Made by a program: the position numbers and the translations under genes. This document shows positions 56,626 through 64,000 of a stretch of DNA of 64,000 bases, one piece after another (within the stretch, counting starts at the first letter, position 1; each line of letters opens with the position of its first letter). Origin of the DNA: a virus (lineage: Duplodnaviria > Caudoviricetes); IMG/VR virus record IMGVR_UViG_3300005611_000001; one strand, given 5' to 3'. The notes beneath the pieces were generated by a model. That model saw only the letters and a program-made list of their open reading frames with translations, was not told the origin of the DNA and ran no database searches.

Positions 56626-57335
56626 AAGATTTGGTGACTATTGTAGTCCCTTGTAAGAACGAAGAAAAGTATATTCAATACTTGCTGTGTCATTTAGCCT
56701 CACAAGAAGATGCAAAGGGTGTTCGGATTATCATTGCGGATGCTTCGACCGATTCTACGCGTAGAATCATAAAAGAGTACGGTAAACTGTACGAGTTGAA
56801 TTATGAGATTATCGAAGGCGGTCCTGTGTCTGTCGCGAAGAATAATGGTGCTGCGCTGGTCAAGACTCCATATACTTTGTTTATCGACGCTGATGTACAA
56901 TTCTTTTCAAGAACAGTAATCAAAGATACTATTGCTCAGATGATCGACGAAGACCTTGATTTAATTGGTCTGAATATCAAATGCTACGATAAAGACATTG
57001 TGGCTAAGATTGGATTCTTCTCTTTCAATATCGTCAATCGTATTATGTCGAACTTTATTCCGTTCGCAGTAGGCGCTTACTTTCTTACGAAAACATCAAA
57101 GTTCCGTGAACTAGGTGGATTCCCAAATAAGTATGTTACGAGCGAAGATTTCTTTTTAAGTAAGATGTACGATCATAAACGATTTAGAATCGCAAAACAT
57201 TATTTTGGGCAAGATAGTAGGCGATTCAAGAAGATGGGATATTTTGGTATGCTAGGATATCTTATCCAAAACTTCTTGAATCGCAACAATAAAAAGTATT
57301 GGGAAGAGAAAGACTTCTCTAAGTACTGGGACTAA
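56622..57335 (+). CDS. Glycosyltransferase family 2
   Basis: TIVVPCKNEE, ADASTD, AKNNGA, LFIDADV, FRELGGF, SEDFFLS. Confidence 0.92.
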   Translation: MKDLVTIVVPCKNEEKYIQYLLCHLASQEDAKGVRIIIADASTDSTRRIIKEYGKLYELNYEIIEGGPVSVAKNNGAALVKTPYTLFIDADVQFFSRTVIKDTIAQMIDEDLDLIGLNIKCYDKDIVAKIGFFSFNIVNRIMSNFIPFAVGAYFLTKTSKFRELGGFPNKYVTSEDFFLSKMYDHKRFRIAKHYFGQDSRRFKKMGYFGMLGYLIQNFLNRNNKKYWEEKDFSKYWD

Positions 57336-57641
57336 CTATTTGAGATAAGTTACTTGCTCAACTCTACACATTTGAGTTTCGCCATTTACGCTCATTTCGA
57401 AATGTGCATTCTTATGAACTCTGCTTTGCTTAATGCCAAACTTCGTTCTTTCATCAAAAACGATTGACACAGAAGCACCTTCTAAGTTATGATTGTTGCA
57501 TGTATGATCAATTTCCCACGCAGCATTTCGATCCGAAACATATATCTTTTCTGATCCAACTTGCCAAGTTTGCGATTGTTTTACGGGAAAGTTTGCATAT
57601 GCGCACGGTGTTAAGAGTAATATAAGTAGTAATGCTTTCAT
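57336..57641 (-). CDS. Secreted protein (only confident minus-strand gene)
   Basis: GGAG RBS; signal peptide MKALLLILLLTPCAYA; two Cys. Confidence 0.7.
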   Translation of the reverse strand: MKALLLILLLTPCAYANFPVKQSQTWQVGSEKIYVSDRNAAWEIDHTCNNHNLEGASVSIVFDERTKFGIKQSRVHKNAHFEMSVNGETQMCRVEQVTYLK

Positions 57642-57699
57642 GGTTATACTCCATATTAACTGAGTGTATATAGTATATATACGAAATGAGACTTTCATA

Positions 57700-57855
57700 A
57701 TGCATAAAAAAGAAAAAAATGACCAATTACTGGTCAAGATCAATAAAGAGACGAAGAAGAAGTTTATCGAACTTTGTGAGAAAGACGATACTACTGCGAG
57801 CCGAGAAGTTCGAAAGTTTATCGAACGATACATTGAAGGCTTTATTGACGAATGA
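57700..57855 (+). CDS. Ribbon-helix-helix (CopG-like) regulator
   Basis: QLLVKINKETKKKFIELCEKDDTTASREVRKFIERY. Confidence 0.75.
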   Translation: MHKKEKNDQLLVKINKETKKKFIELCEKDDTTASREVRKFIERYIEGFIDE

Positions 57856-58079
57856 CTTTAGAGCAACTGATCGAAATAGCCAAAGAAGTCGAGGTTGCTG
57901 ATCCCTTTGACTGGGCGGATGTGGCTATCGGCGAAGACGAAGCGTACCGTCTCATGGCGATGAATTTGATAGGCGAAGACTTGACACCAGAGATCATGCT
58001 TGCTACAATTGTGAAGTTGTGTGTTGAGAACCTTGTGCTGAATCTGAGACTGTTGCAAAATGAAACCAAAGTTCCTTAA
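57852..58079 (+). CDS. Hypothetical protein
   Basis: Coupled ATGA overlap. Confidence 0.65.
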   Translation: MTLEQLIEIAKEVEVADPFDWADVAIGEDEAYRLMAMNLIGEDLTPEIMLATIVKLCVENLVLNLRLLQNETKVP

Positions 58080-58545
58080 TGCTTTTATGGATACCGCGCA
58101 TCGCTTTGCGCAACTGAGTACTGCTCGCCGCGCCAAAGTCGGCGCTATTATCGTCAAAGACTCTCGGATCATATCCATCGGCTACAACGGCATGCCTGCA
58201 GGCTGGGACAACAACTGCGAGCATGAAGACTGGCCAGACTGGATCGAAAACAACCCCAAAGCACTCCGTGACCCGGCTTACCTGCGTCTCCAGACGAAGG
58301 ACGAGGTACTTCATGCTGAGACTAATGCTATTGCAAAGGTAGCGCGTAGCGCTGAATCCTGTGAGGGTGCGACGATGTTCTGCACTCACCTACCCTGCAT
58401 TCAGTGTGCCAAACTGATCTACCAGAGCGGCATCGCATGTGTCTATTATGATAACGATTATCATTCAGCGGTAGGTGTCGGCAAAGAGTTTCTGCTACGC
58501 TCAGGCGTACGCACGATCCACTGGCCAATGAAATCAATGACTTAG
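58060..58545 (+). CDS. cd: dCMP deaminase
   Basis: KVGAIIVKD.RIISIGYNG, HAETNAI, PCIQC. Confidence 0.95.
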   Translation: MKPKFLNAFMDTAHRFAQLSTARRAKVGAIIVKDSRIISIGYNGMPAGWDNNCEHEDWPDWIENNPKALRDPAYLRLQTKDEVLHAETNAIAKVARSAESCEGATMFCTHLPCIQCAKLIYQSGIACVYYDNDYHSAVGVGKEFLLRSGVRTIHWPMKSMT

Positions 58546-58593
58546 CGGGCTGACGAACGGGCATTGACAATCCATGGTCGGATATGAGATAAT
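58531..58593 (+). promoter_or_regulatory. Early sigma70-type promoter with upstream AAATCAAnnACTTAGC motif
   Basis: TTGACA 58564-69, TG-n-GATAAT 58588-93. Confidence 0.7.
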
Positions 58594-58620
58594 TCTCATG
58601 TATTTGGTCTGGAGATACCT

Positions 58621-59061
58621 ATGATCGATATCACCATTCAAGGTCGGATCAAGAACAAGTCTCTTGTCCGATTCTATATCGAATCCCTCATTCACGAGCT
58701 TGGCATGGGTAAGATGCGCAAGCCTGAGATTCTGGTCAAGTTTCGTACTAACGCTGGTGGCGCGTTCGGGCTGTGTGACGGCGCGAAGGGTGAGTACGCT
58801 GTCATCCACATCGCTCGTACCTGCCCTATCACTCAGCGCAAGCTTGGCTTTCTTGAAATGATGCAGACTCTCGCCCACGAAATGGTGCATGCGCGCCAGT
58901 TCATTCGTGGTGAGTTAAAGAACGAGTGTGGCTGGGCATGGAAGGGGCGCAGGGCTGACGGCTACAACTATGACAATCAGCCCTGGGAAAAAGAAGCGTT
59001 TCGTCTTGAAAAGAAACTATTCATGAAGTGCTTCCCTCACTTTGCAGACTTCACTAACTAA
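58621..59061 (+). CDS. HEXXH zinc metallopeptidase-like protein
   Basis: TLAHEMVHARQ, PWEKEA. Confidence 0.75.
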   Translation: MIDITIQGRIKNKSLVRFYIESLIHELGMGKMRKPEILVKFRTNAGGAFGLCDGAKGEYAVIHIARTCPITQRKLGFLEMMQTLAHEMVHARQFIRGELKNECGWAWKGRRADGYNYDNQPWEKEAFRLEKKLFMKCFPHFADFTN

Positions 59062-59369
59062 TGCTCTATCACACCAACACCACCAGTTATGACTACAGCG
59101 GGCGTAAGCGTAAGAAGCGTAAAGCAAAGGGCGAAGTGTACGAGAAGTTCACACCGTCGTTTCGCCCTCTCACCAAGCCGCTGTACAGTTATCGTAGCAA
59201 TCGCGACCAGTATCAGTCGTTTGATAGTGGCAAAATGAATGTTGAAAAGAAAGAGAATACCAAGTATACTGGTACTCTAGTCAAGGGCATTTCGACTCTT
59301 CACAAGTCTAATGCTGTGCCCATCATTGATGAGCGAGAAGCAAAAGAACATGCAAGCATGCGGAGATAA
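59061..59369 (+). CDS. Conserved basic hypothetical protein
   Basis: YTGTLVKGISTLHKSNAVPI. Confidence 0.7.
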   Translation: MLYHTNTTSYDYSGRKRKKRKAKGEVYEKFTPSFRPLTKPLYSYRSNRDQYQSFDSGKMNVEKKENTKYTGTLVKGISTLHKSNAVPIIDEREAKEHASMRR

Positions 59370-59371
59370 TT

Positions 59372-59617
59372 ATGGCTGAGCGATATCGTCAAGAAATTAC
59401 TGAGTGGGGCTGTGCGAATCACATATATATTACTGAAGGCCGAGTGCTTTTAGGCTATATACCGCGCGGTTCTAATCAAGAGATTCGATTCATGGCTCCC
59501 AAGAAGCAATGGTCTCCCTCTCATCGTAAGTTCCGCGATCTTTCTAAAACTGAAGTGAGACAGATTAAGGATACTTTCGATGTACGAATACAGGAGCAAA
59601 CTTTTAAAAGTAATTGA
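59372..59617 (+). CDS. Hypothetical protein
   Basis: EITEW...NHIY...W....RKFR. Confidence 0.6.
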   Translation: MAERYRQEITEWGCANHIYITEGRVLLGYIPRGSNQEIRFMAPKKQWSPSHRKFRDLSKTEVRQIKDTFDVRIQEQTFKSN

Positions 59618-60065
59618 CGGTGACACCGTTGATGTGGATATCGAACTAGGCTTTGGCATTGTTCTAGCCAATGAGCGCGTTCGAATCATGGGGATTGACA
59701 CACCCGAGTCTAGAACATCTGACAAGGTAGAGAAGCTGTTTGGGCTTGCTGCAAAGAATCGGCTCAAACAGCTTCTTGGGAAGAATCCCGTTCTCAAGAC
59801 GCAAATTGCTAAAGACGGCGAAGACATGAAGGGTAAGTTCGGGCGAGTGCTTGGTGACTTTGATGTCTATGACGCTAAGAATGACGCCTGGCGCCCAGTC
59901 ACGGATGTCATGATCGAAGAGGGTCACTGCGTACCTTACTTTGGCGGTAGCAAAGAAGAGGTTCAAGCGAAGCACATGGTGAATCGTGAGAAACTGCTCC
60001 GCGAAGGCGTGGTTGACCGTGCTGAGTACGACAAGGCTGTCGCTCTTCTGGAAAAGCGTAAGTGA
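59580..60065 (+). CDS. Thermonuclease (SNase-like) family nuclease
   Basis: KVIDGDTVDV, RVRIMGIDTPE, GKFGRVLG. Confidence 0.9.
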   Translation: MYEYRSKLLKVIDGDTVDVDIELGFGIVLANERVRIMGIDTPESRTSDKVEKLFGLAAKNRLKQLLGKNPVLKTQIAKDGEDMKGKFGRVLGDFDVYDAKNDAWRPVTDVMIEEGHCVPYFGGSKEEVQAKHMVNREKLLREGVVDRAEYDKAVALLEKRK

Positions 60066-60129
60066 TTCAATAAGTTATAAGCTTATAACAAAATATTCTA
60101 AAAACGTTCTATTTTTTTCTCAAAACATC

Positions 60130-60158
60130 TTGTGGTCCTCTCTCGGCTGTGATACCAT
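60130..60158 (+). promoter_or_regulatory. Early sigma70-type promoter
   Basis: TTGTGG-17-TACCAT with extended TG and AT-rich upstream region. Confidence 0.55.
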
Positions 60159-60185
60159 TGTATTGTAGCTGAGAGAGGACACTAC

Positions 60186-60788
60186 ATGAAAGACCATGTA
60201 CTTTACTCCAACTATCTAGTTCGCCATCGCCTCAAGCAAAACAGAGGTTCTCTCGGGCAACGCGATAGTGAAATGACCAAGACCTATCGTGCCGAGTGGG
60301 TTGCTCAAGCCGACATGCGTATGATGGATCTCTATCCCACCTTTTCTGATATCAAAGAAGCGCAGCGCTTCACGAAGAAAGTCTGTCGGTCCAAGACCTG
60401 GGCTAAACTCTACGAAGAGAATCGTGCTTCCAAGCCTACGAGTGAACTGCCCGTGCGTCTCAAGATGACGGGGCACGGTCGTAAGACTGCAGGCTTCACC
60501 AACGGGCGCCGTATTGTGCTTGACCCTCACTCTGGTATGAATGTCTATGTGCTGCTGCACGAGATGACTCACTGCCTTGGGCATATGCACCATGGTCGGT
60601 CGTTCCGCCGTGACCTGCTGAAGCTGGTGAGTCGCTTCATGGGTCGCCCTCAAGCGAATGCTCTGAAGAATGCATTCAAGGCACACAAGCTGCCCTGCGG
60701 CGATGCTCGCAAGCCTCTGACCTTCGAACAGTGGAAAGCGGCTCGTGATCGCATGGTAAATGCTCGCAAAAAAATGCTTGACTGTTAG
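60186..60788 (+). CDS. SprT-like/HEXXH metallopeptidase-like protein
   Basis: VLLHEMTHCLGHMHHGRSF. Confidence 0.7.
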   Translation: MKDHVLYSNYLVRHRLKQNRGSLGQRDSEMTKTYRAEWVAQADMRMMDLYPTFSDIKEAQRFTKKVCRSKTWAKLYEENRASKPTSELPVRLKMTGHGRKTAGFTNGRRIVLDPHSGMNVYVLLHEMTHCLGHMHHGRSFRRDLLKLVSRFMGRPQANALKNAFKAHKLPCGDARKPLTFEQWKAARDRMVNARKKMLDC

Positions 60789-60806
60789 ATTAAAATAGAT
60801 TAAGCT
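60778..60806 (+). promoter_or_regulatory. Early sigma70-type promoter
   Basis: TTGACT-17-TAAGCT. Confidence 0.6.
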
Positions 60807-60894
60807 TTACTCGTAACGTTGTGTTACACCTAATCGAGGCGTTGATGCCTCACAACCAAGAGTCGTAGATGACTCACACTAAGGAGAAGTAACT

Positions 60895-62301
60895 ATGATT
60901 TTCAATACCGAAAAGAAGTACACCTACTCGTCCCTCCCTGGCGCTGAGCGTTCCGTCACTATCCGTGACTTTCTGTTCAACTATCTGCCTACCATTAATT
61001 GCATTCCCGAAGGTCAGCGCCTTGAGACTGAACCCAATATGATTGGTATCAGCCAGCCTTCGAAGGCGCAGGGCATCATCCAGTCTCTGTTTATGGGCAT
61101 GGATCTTGGTACTATCGTTCTTTGTCAGTCTCAGGACGGTAAATGGTCTTTTGATTCCGTAGACGGCGGTCACCGCAAGCGAGCCATCAAGGCGTTCATC
61201 AACAACGAATTTCCCATGTTCAGCGACGGTCGCTACTTCCGAGACCTGACTGAGGAAGAGCGAGCCCGTTTCCTTTCGTCCGAGCTAACCGTGATCGTCT
61301 ATGAAGGACTGACTCCCGAAGATATCGCCTTTATCTTCCAGTCCTTGAACAAGACTACTGACGTTAATCACATGGAGATGCTCAACTCATACAACGTGAT
61401 TCCCGTTGCAAAGATCATTCGCGAAACAGCGCGAGTAGTCTACGGCGTGAATAACGACTGCCATCCTCTCTTTGGAAATTACGAAAAGAATGGCACAGTC
61501 AAGTATGATTATCTCAACTTCGATAACGCTCGGTTGAAGATTGACAAGAAAGTGGCTCGTATCTTCTATCGCTACTATAATGGCGGCGGCCTTGGTCCGT
61601 GCGCTGAAGAAAATCTTGAAGAAATGTACAATGCATATCCTGACCTTCAGACTATGCTCAATCTGAAAAAGAAAGTAAACAAGTGTCTGTCTTTCATTCG
61701 CGATATGGCTGAGGTAGTCAACAAGACCTTGAGGCGTGGGCTGACAGAGAAAGAGTTTCGTATCTTCGAACGGCTCTACATGTTCATGGAAACTGAGTTT
61801 GGCGATTTTAAGATCAATGATAAGACTGAGTTCGGTAAAGCAGTCATTTCCGCTTACCTGCCGTTCTTCAAGATGCCGTACGATTCACAGATTCCAGCGC
61901 TTCTTAAGAAGAGCCCGTTCGACAGCACGAAGACCATCGGCAAGCAGTTTAATGATGCTCTGAACGTATACGACACTCTAGAACACGTTGAGTTTCCGAT
62001 TGTCGAATTGATCAAGCGTCCAGAACTGAAGATTGAGCAACTGATCACGATCAAAGACAAGAATCGCTTGTTCAGCCGTACTGATCGTGAAGCCAAGCTT
62101 GCTGAGCAGGGATTTGTCTGCGCCATCGATGGCAAGCCGCTGTCTTTCGAAGAAGCTGAAGCTGCACACATCATCGCACACAGCGTTGGCGGCCGTACCG
62201 TCTACAAGAACCTTGCGATGGTGCGAGCCAAGTACAATAAGATGATGGGCTCTATGTCAGTAGACGATTTTAAGAAAGTGTATATGCCTGTAGCTGCTTA
62301 G
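60895..62301 (+). CDS. GmrSD-like protein (DUF262 ParB-like domain plus C-terminal HNH)
   Basis: IIQSLF.G, SVDGGHR, IFQSLNKT, C-terminal HIIAHSVGG.T..KNL...AKYN. Confidence 0.8.
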   Translation: MIFNTEKKYTYSSLPGAERSVTIRDFLFNYLPTINCIPEGQRLETEPNMIGISQPSKAQGIIQSLFMGMDLGTIVLCQSQDGKWSFDSVDGGHRKRAIKAFINNEFPMFSDGRYFRDLTEEERARFLSSELTVIVYEGLTPEDIAFIFQSLNKTTDVNHMEMLNSYNVIPVAKIIRETARVVYGVNNDCHPLFGNYEKNGTVKYDYLNFDNARLKIDKKVARIFYRYYNGGGLGPCAEENLEEMYNAYPDLQTMLNLKKKVNKCLSFIRDMAEVVNKTLRRGLTEKEFRIFERLYMFMETEFGDFKINDKTEFGKAVISAYLPFFKMPYDSQIPALLKKSPFDSTKTIGKQFNDALNVYDTLEHVEFPIVELIKRPELKIEQLITIKDKNRLFSRTDREAKLAEQGFVCAIDGKPLSFEEAEAAHIIAHSVGGRTVYKNLAMVRAKYNKMMGSMSVDDFKKVYMPVAA

Positions 62302-62324
62302 AACAAAATGTTCTGAAAAAGTTC

Positions 62325-62353
62325 TTGTATTTTGTTTCGAAATCGTTTATTCT
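62325..62353 (+). promoter_or_regulatory. Early sigma70-type promoter
   Basis: TTGTAT-17-TATTCT; leader hairpin ggtggggag/ctccccacc at 62365-62387. Confidence 0.55.
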
Positions 62354-62409
62354 GGTACTTGTCAGGTGGGGAGAAGCGCTCCCCACCACTTCAAACTCGG
62401 AGATATATC

Positions 62410-63357
62410 ATGGCACATATGGTTGAAACGATGGCTTACGCAGGTGAGCTTCCCTGGCACGGTCTCGGTACGAAAGTGCCCGCTGACCTCACCCCTCGTC
62501 AGATGATGGACAAAGCTGGTGTTGACTGGCGCGTCAATCTGGTACCCACTTACGCTGATGTGAACGGGTCGAAAGTTTCGACTGGTCAGAAGGCTCTCGT
62601 GCGCGAGACTGACAATCGTGTACTGACCAACGTCGGTGGCAACTGGAACCCCGTGCAGAACGAAGAAGCGTTTGACTTCTTCACTGAGTACTGCCTTGCA
62701 GGTGATATGGAAATGCACACTGCTGGCTCTCTTGCTGACGGCAAGATCGTCTGGGCTCTCGCTAAAGTGAACGAGTCGTTTGATGTGCTTGGCGAAGACC
62801 GTGTAGACTCTTACCTGCTCTTCTCTAACCCGCACCAGTACGGCAAGTCGCTGAACGTGCGCTTCACGCCCATCCGTGTGGTGTGCAACAACACGCTGAC
62901 TCTCTCGCTGAGCCAGAGCGCTAAGAACGAGGTGACGCTGAATCACCGTCGGGCGTTCGATCCTCAGATGGTCAAAGATCAGCTTGGCATCGCCCACGAG
63001 AAGTTCGCTATGTACCGCGAAATGGCTCGGTTCCTGTCTAAGAAGCGCGCCAAGAATGGTGATGTGATTGCGTACTTCAACAATGTCTTCCCGCTGGCGA
63101 ACAGCAAGACCGAGGTGCGTGACTACGCTGACCTCTCTCGCACCGCTAAGCAAGCGTATGATGTGCTTGAGACGCAGCCTGGCGCTGACATGGCGATGGG
63201 CACGTGGTGGAACGCAGTGAACGCTGTGACCTACCTGACCGATCACCAGCTGGGTCGCTCTGCTGACACTCGGATGCAGTCTGCATGGTTCGGTGCGAAC
63301 CAAGCGAAGAAAGTCCGTGCAATGAACCTTGCTGTGGAGATGGCCGAAGCCGCGTAA
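62410..63357 (+). CDS. DUF932 family phage/plasmid protein
   Basis: MAHMVETMAY.GELPWHGLG, PVQNEEAFDFF, HTAGSL.DG..VW.LA, FTPIRVVCNNTL. Confidence 0.9.
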   Translation: MAHMVETMAYAGELPWHGLGTKVPADLTPRQMMDKAGVDWRVNLVPTYADVNGSKVSTGQKALVRETDNRVLTNVGGNWNPVQNEEAFDFFTEYCLAGDMEMHTAGSLADGKIVWALAKVNESFDVLGEDRVDSYLLFSNPHQYGKSLNVRFTPIRVVCNNTLTLSLSQSAKNEVTLNHRRAFDPQMVKDQLGIAHEKFAMYREMARFLSKKRAKNGDVIAYFNNVFPLANSKTEVRDYADLSRTAKQAYDVLETQPGADMAMGTWWNAVNAVTYLTDHQLGRSADTRMQSAWFGANQAKKVRAMNLAVEMAEAA

Positions 63358-63365
63358 GCGGCTTC
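63346..63365 (+). terminator. GC-rich hairpin spanning the stop codon
   Basis: gaagccgc-gtaa-gcggcttc (GNRA loop); weak T-tract. Confidence 0.45.
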
Positions 63366-63374
63366 ACCTCTTAT

Positions 63375-63447
63375 AAATCAACCACTTAGCCGAGCCGACA
63401 GCCGGTAGTTTTTAGGGGTTGACAGTAGTGCTGGATCGTGGTATTAT
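63375..63447 (+). promoter_or_regulatory. Early sigma70-type promoter with upstream AAATCAAnnACTTAGC motif
   Basis: TTGACA 63419-24, 17 nt, TATTAT 63442-47, extended TG. Confidence 0.75.
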
Positions 63448-63478
63448 ACGCTTGTCAACTGAGAAGAGAGATAGAAAT

Positions 63479-63847
63479 ATGGCTTATGTTACGCAAGAAG
63501 AGAAGAAAGAAATCGCTCCGGTCGTCAAAAGCATCCTCGCTGAGTACGGTCTCAAGGGTACGCTTGGCATCAACAACCACAGCACTCTTGTTCTCAAGAT
63601 CAAGAACGCTGTTGCGATGTTCGCCCCTTACTTCCGCGATGACTTCGACCGTAAGTGGGGTCTTGATGTCAATGAGTACTGGATTGACCGTGACTACGCT
63701 GACAATCCGACCATTGTCGAAATGCTGACCCGTGTGGCTGACGCCATGAAGGGCAAGAACTACTTCAACAACGATGATTTCATGACCGACTACTTCCATC
63801 GTAAGCACTACATCGACATCAAAGTTCTTGGTGAAGAGGGCAAGTAA
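63479..63847 (+). CDS. Conserved early hypothetical protein
   Basis: MAYVTQEEKKEIAP...NNHSTLV...VNEYW...DDFMTDYFH. Confidence 0.75.
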   Translation: MAYVTQEEKKEIAPVVKSILAEYGLKGTLGINNHSTLVLKIKNAVAMFAPYFRDDFDRKWGLDVNEYWIDRDYADNPTIVEMLTRVADAMKGKNYFNNDDFMTDYFHRKHYIDIKVLGEEGK

Positions 63848-63872
63848 AAGATAGACCTCAAAGCAGTACCTT

Positions 63873-63880
63873 TATAAATA
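63873..63880 (+). promoter_or_regulatory. T4-type late promoter overlapped by RBS-occluding hairpin
   Basis: TATAAATA; 13-bp perfect inverted repeat 63876-63914. Confidence 0.8.
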
Positions 63881-63917
63881 CCCATACATTAGTCATTCTT
63901 TTGTATGGGTATTTGCT

Positions 63918-64000
63918 ATGCGTAAAATATTATTCTTTGCTTTGTTTGCACTGAGCTATGCTGCTCAAGCTGCTGAAGTGGGTCCGATCATCACTGAAGC
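63918..64000 (+). CDS. Secreted/exported protein, 3'-partial
   Basis: Signal peptide MRKILFFALFALSYAAQA. Confidence 0.65.
   Translation, partial: MRKILFFALFALSYAAQAAEVGPIITE

Noticed and set aside
62362-63303. 313-aa minus-strand ORF
   Set aside because: Antisense shadow of the GC-richer DUF932 gene

Overview
A 64 kb segment of a large lytic T4-like myovirus genome, probably aquatic or marine. Nearly all genes are on the + strand. 0.3-17.7 kb holds the fibre, neck and baseplate module: gp13, gp14, a gp15 extended with Ig-like domains, an S74-chaperoned fibre, and a baseplate wedge protein ending in a Hint domain. 17.7-28.6 kb holds packaging, tail and head genes (gp16, 17, 18, 19, 20, 67/68-like, 21, 22, 23, 3). 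28.6-48.4 kb holds replication, recombination and late-transcription genes (uvsY, uvsW, gp55, 47, 46, 45, 44, 62, regA, hsp20, gp43, uvsX, gp40, gp41), interleaved with single glycan- or small-molecule-modifying genes. 48.4-64 kb is an accessory/early region with peroxiredoxin, MazG, UDP-glucose dehydrogenase, 2OG-Fe(II) oxygenases, a circularly permuted two-piece tmRNA preceded by four unassigned structured RNA-like elements, a PlcP/LpxH-like phosphoesterase plus GT2, dCMP deaminase, a GmrSD-like DUF262-HNH gene and DUF932. Most notable: outward-facing virion proteins, and one loop of the major capsid protein, are strongly enriched in the dipeptide Asp-Ser. The genome also carries three glycosyltransferases, three non-DNA methyltransferases, a sulfotransferase and sugar dehydrogenases. 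Together these suggest a sequon-directed virion glycosylation system (inference, untested). All family assignments come from motif recognition by eye; no database search was run.
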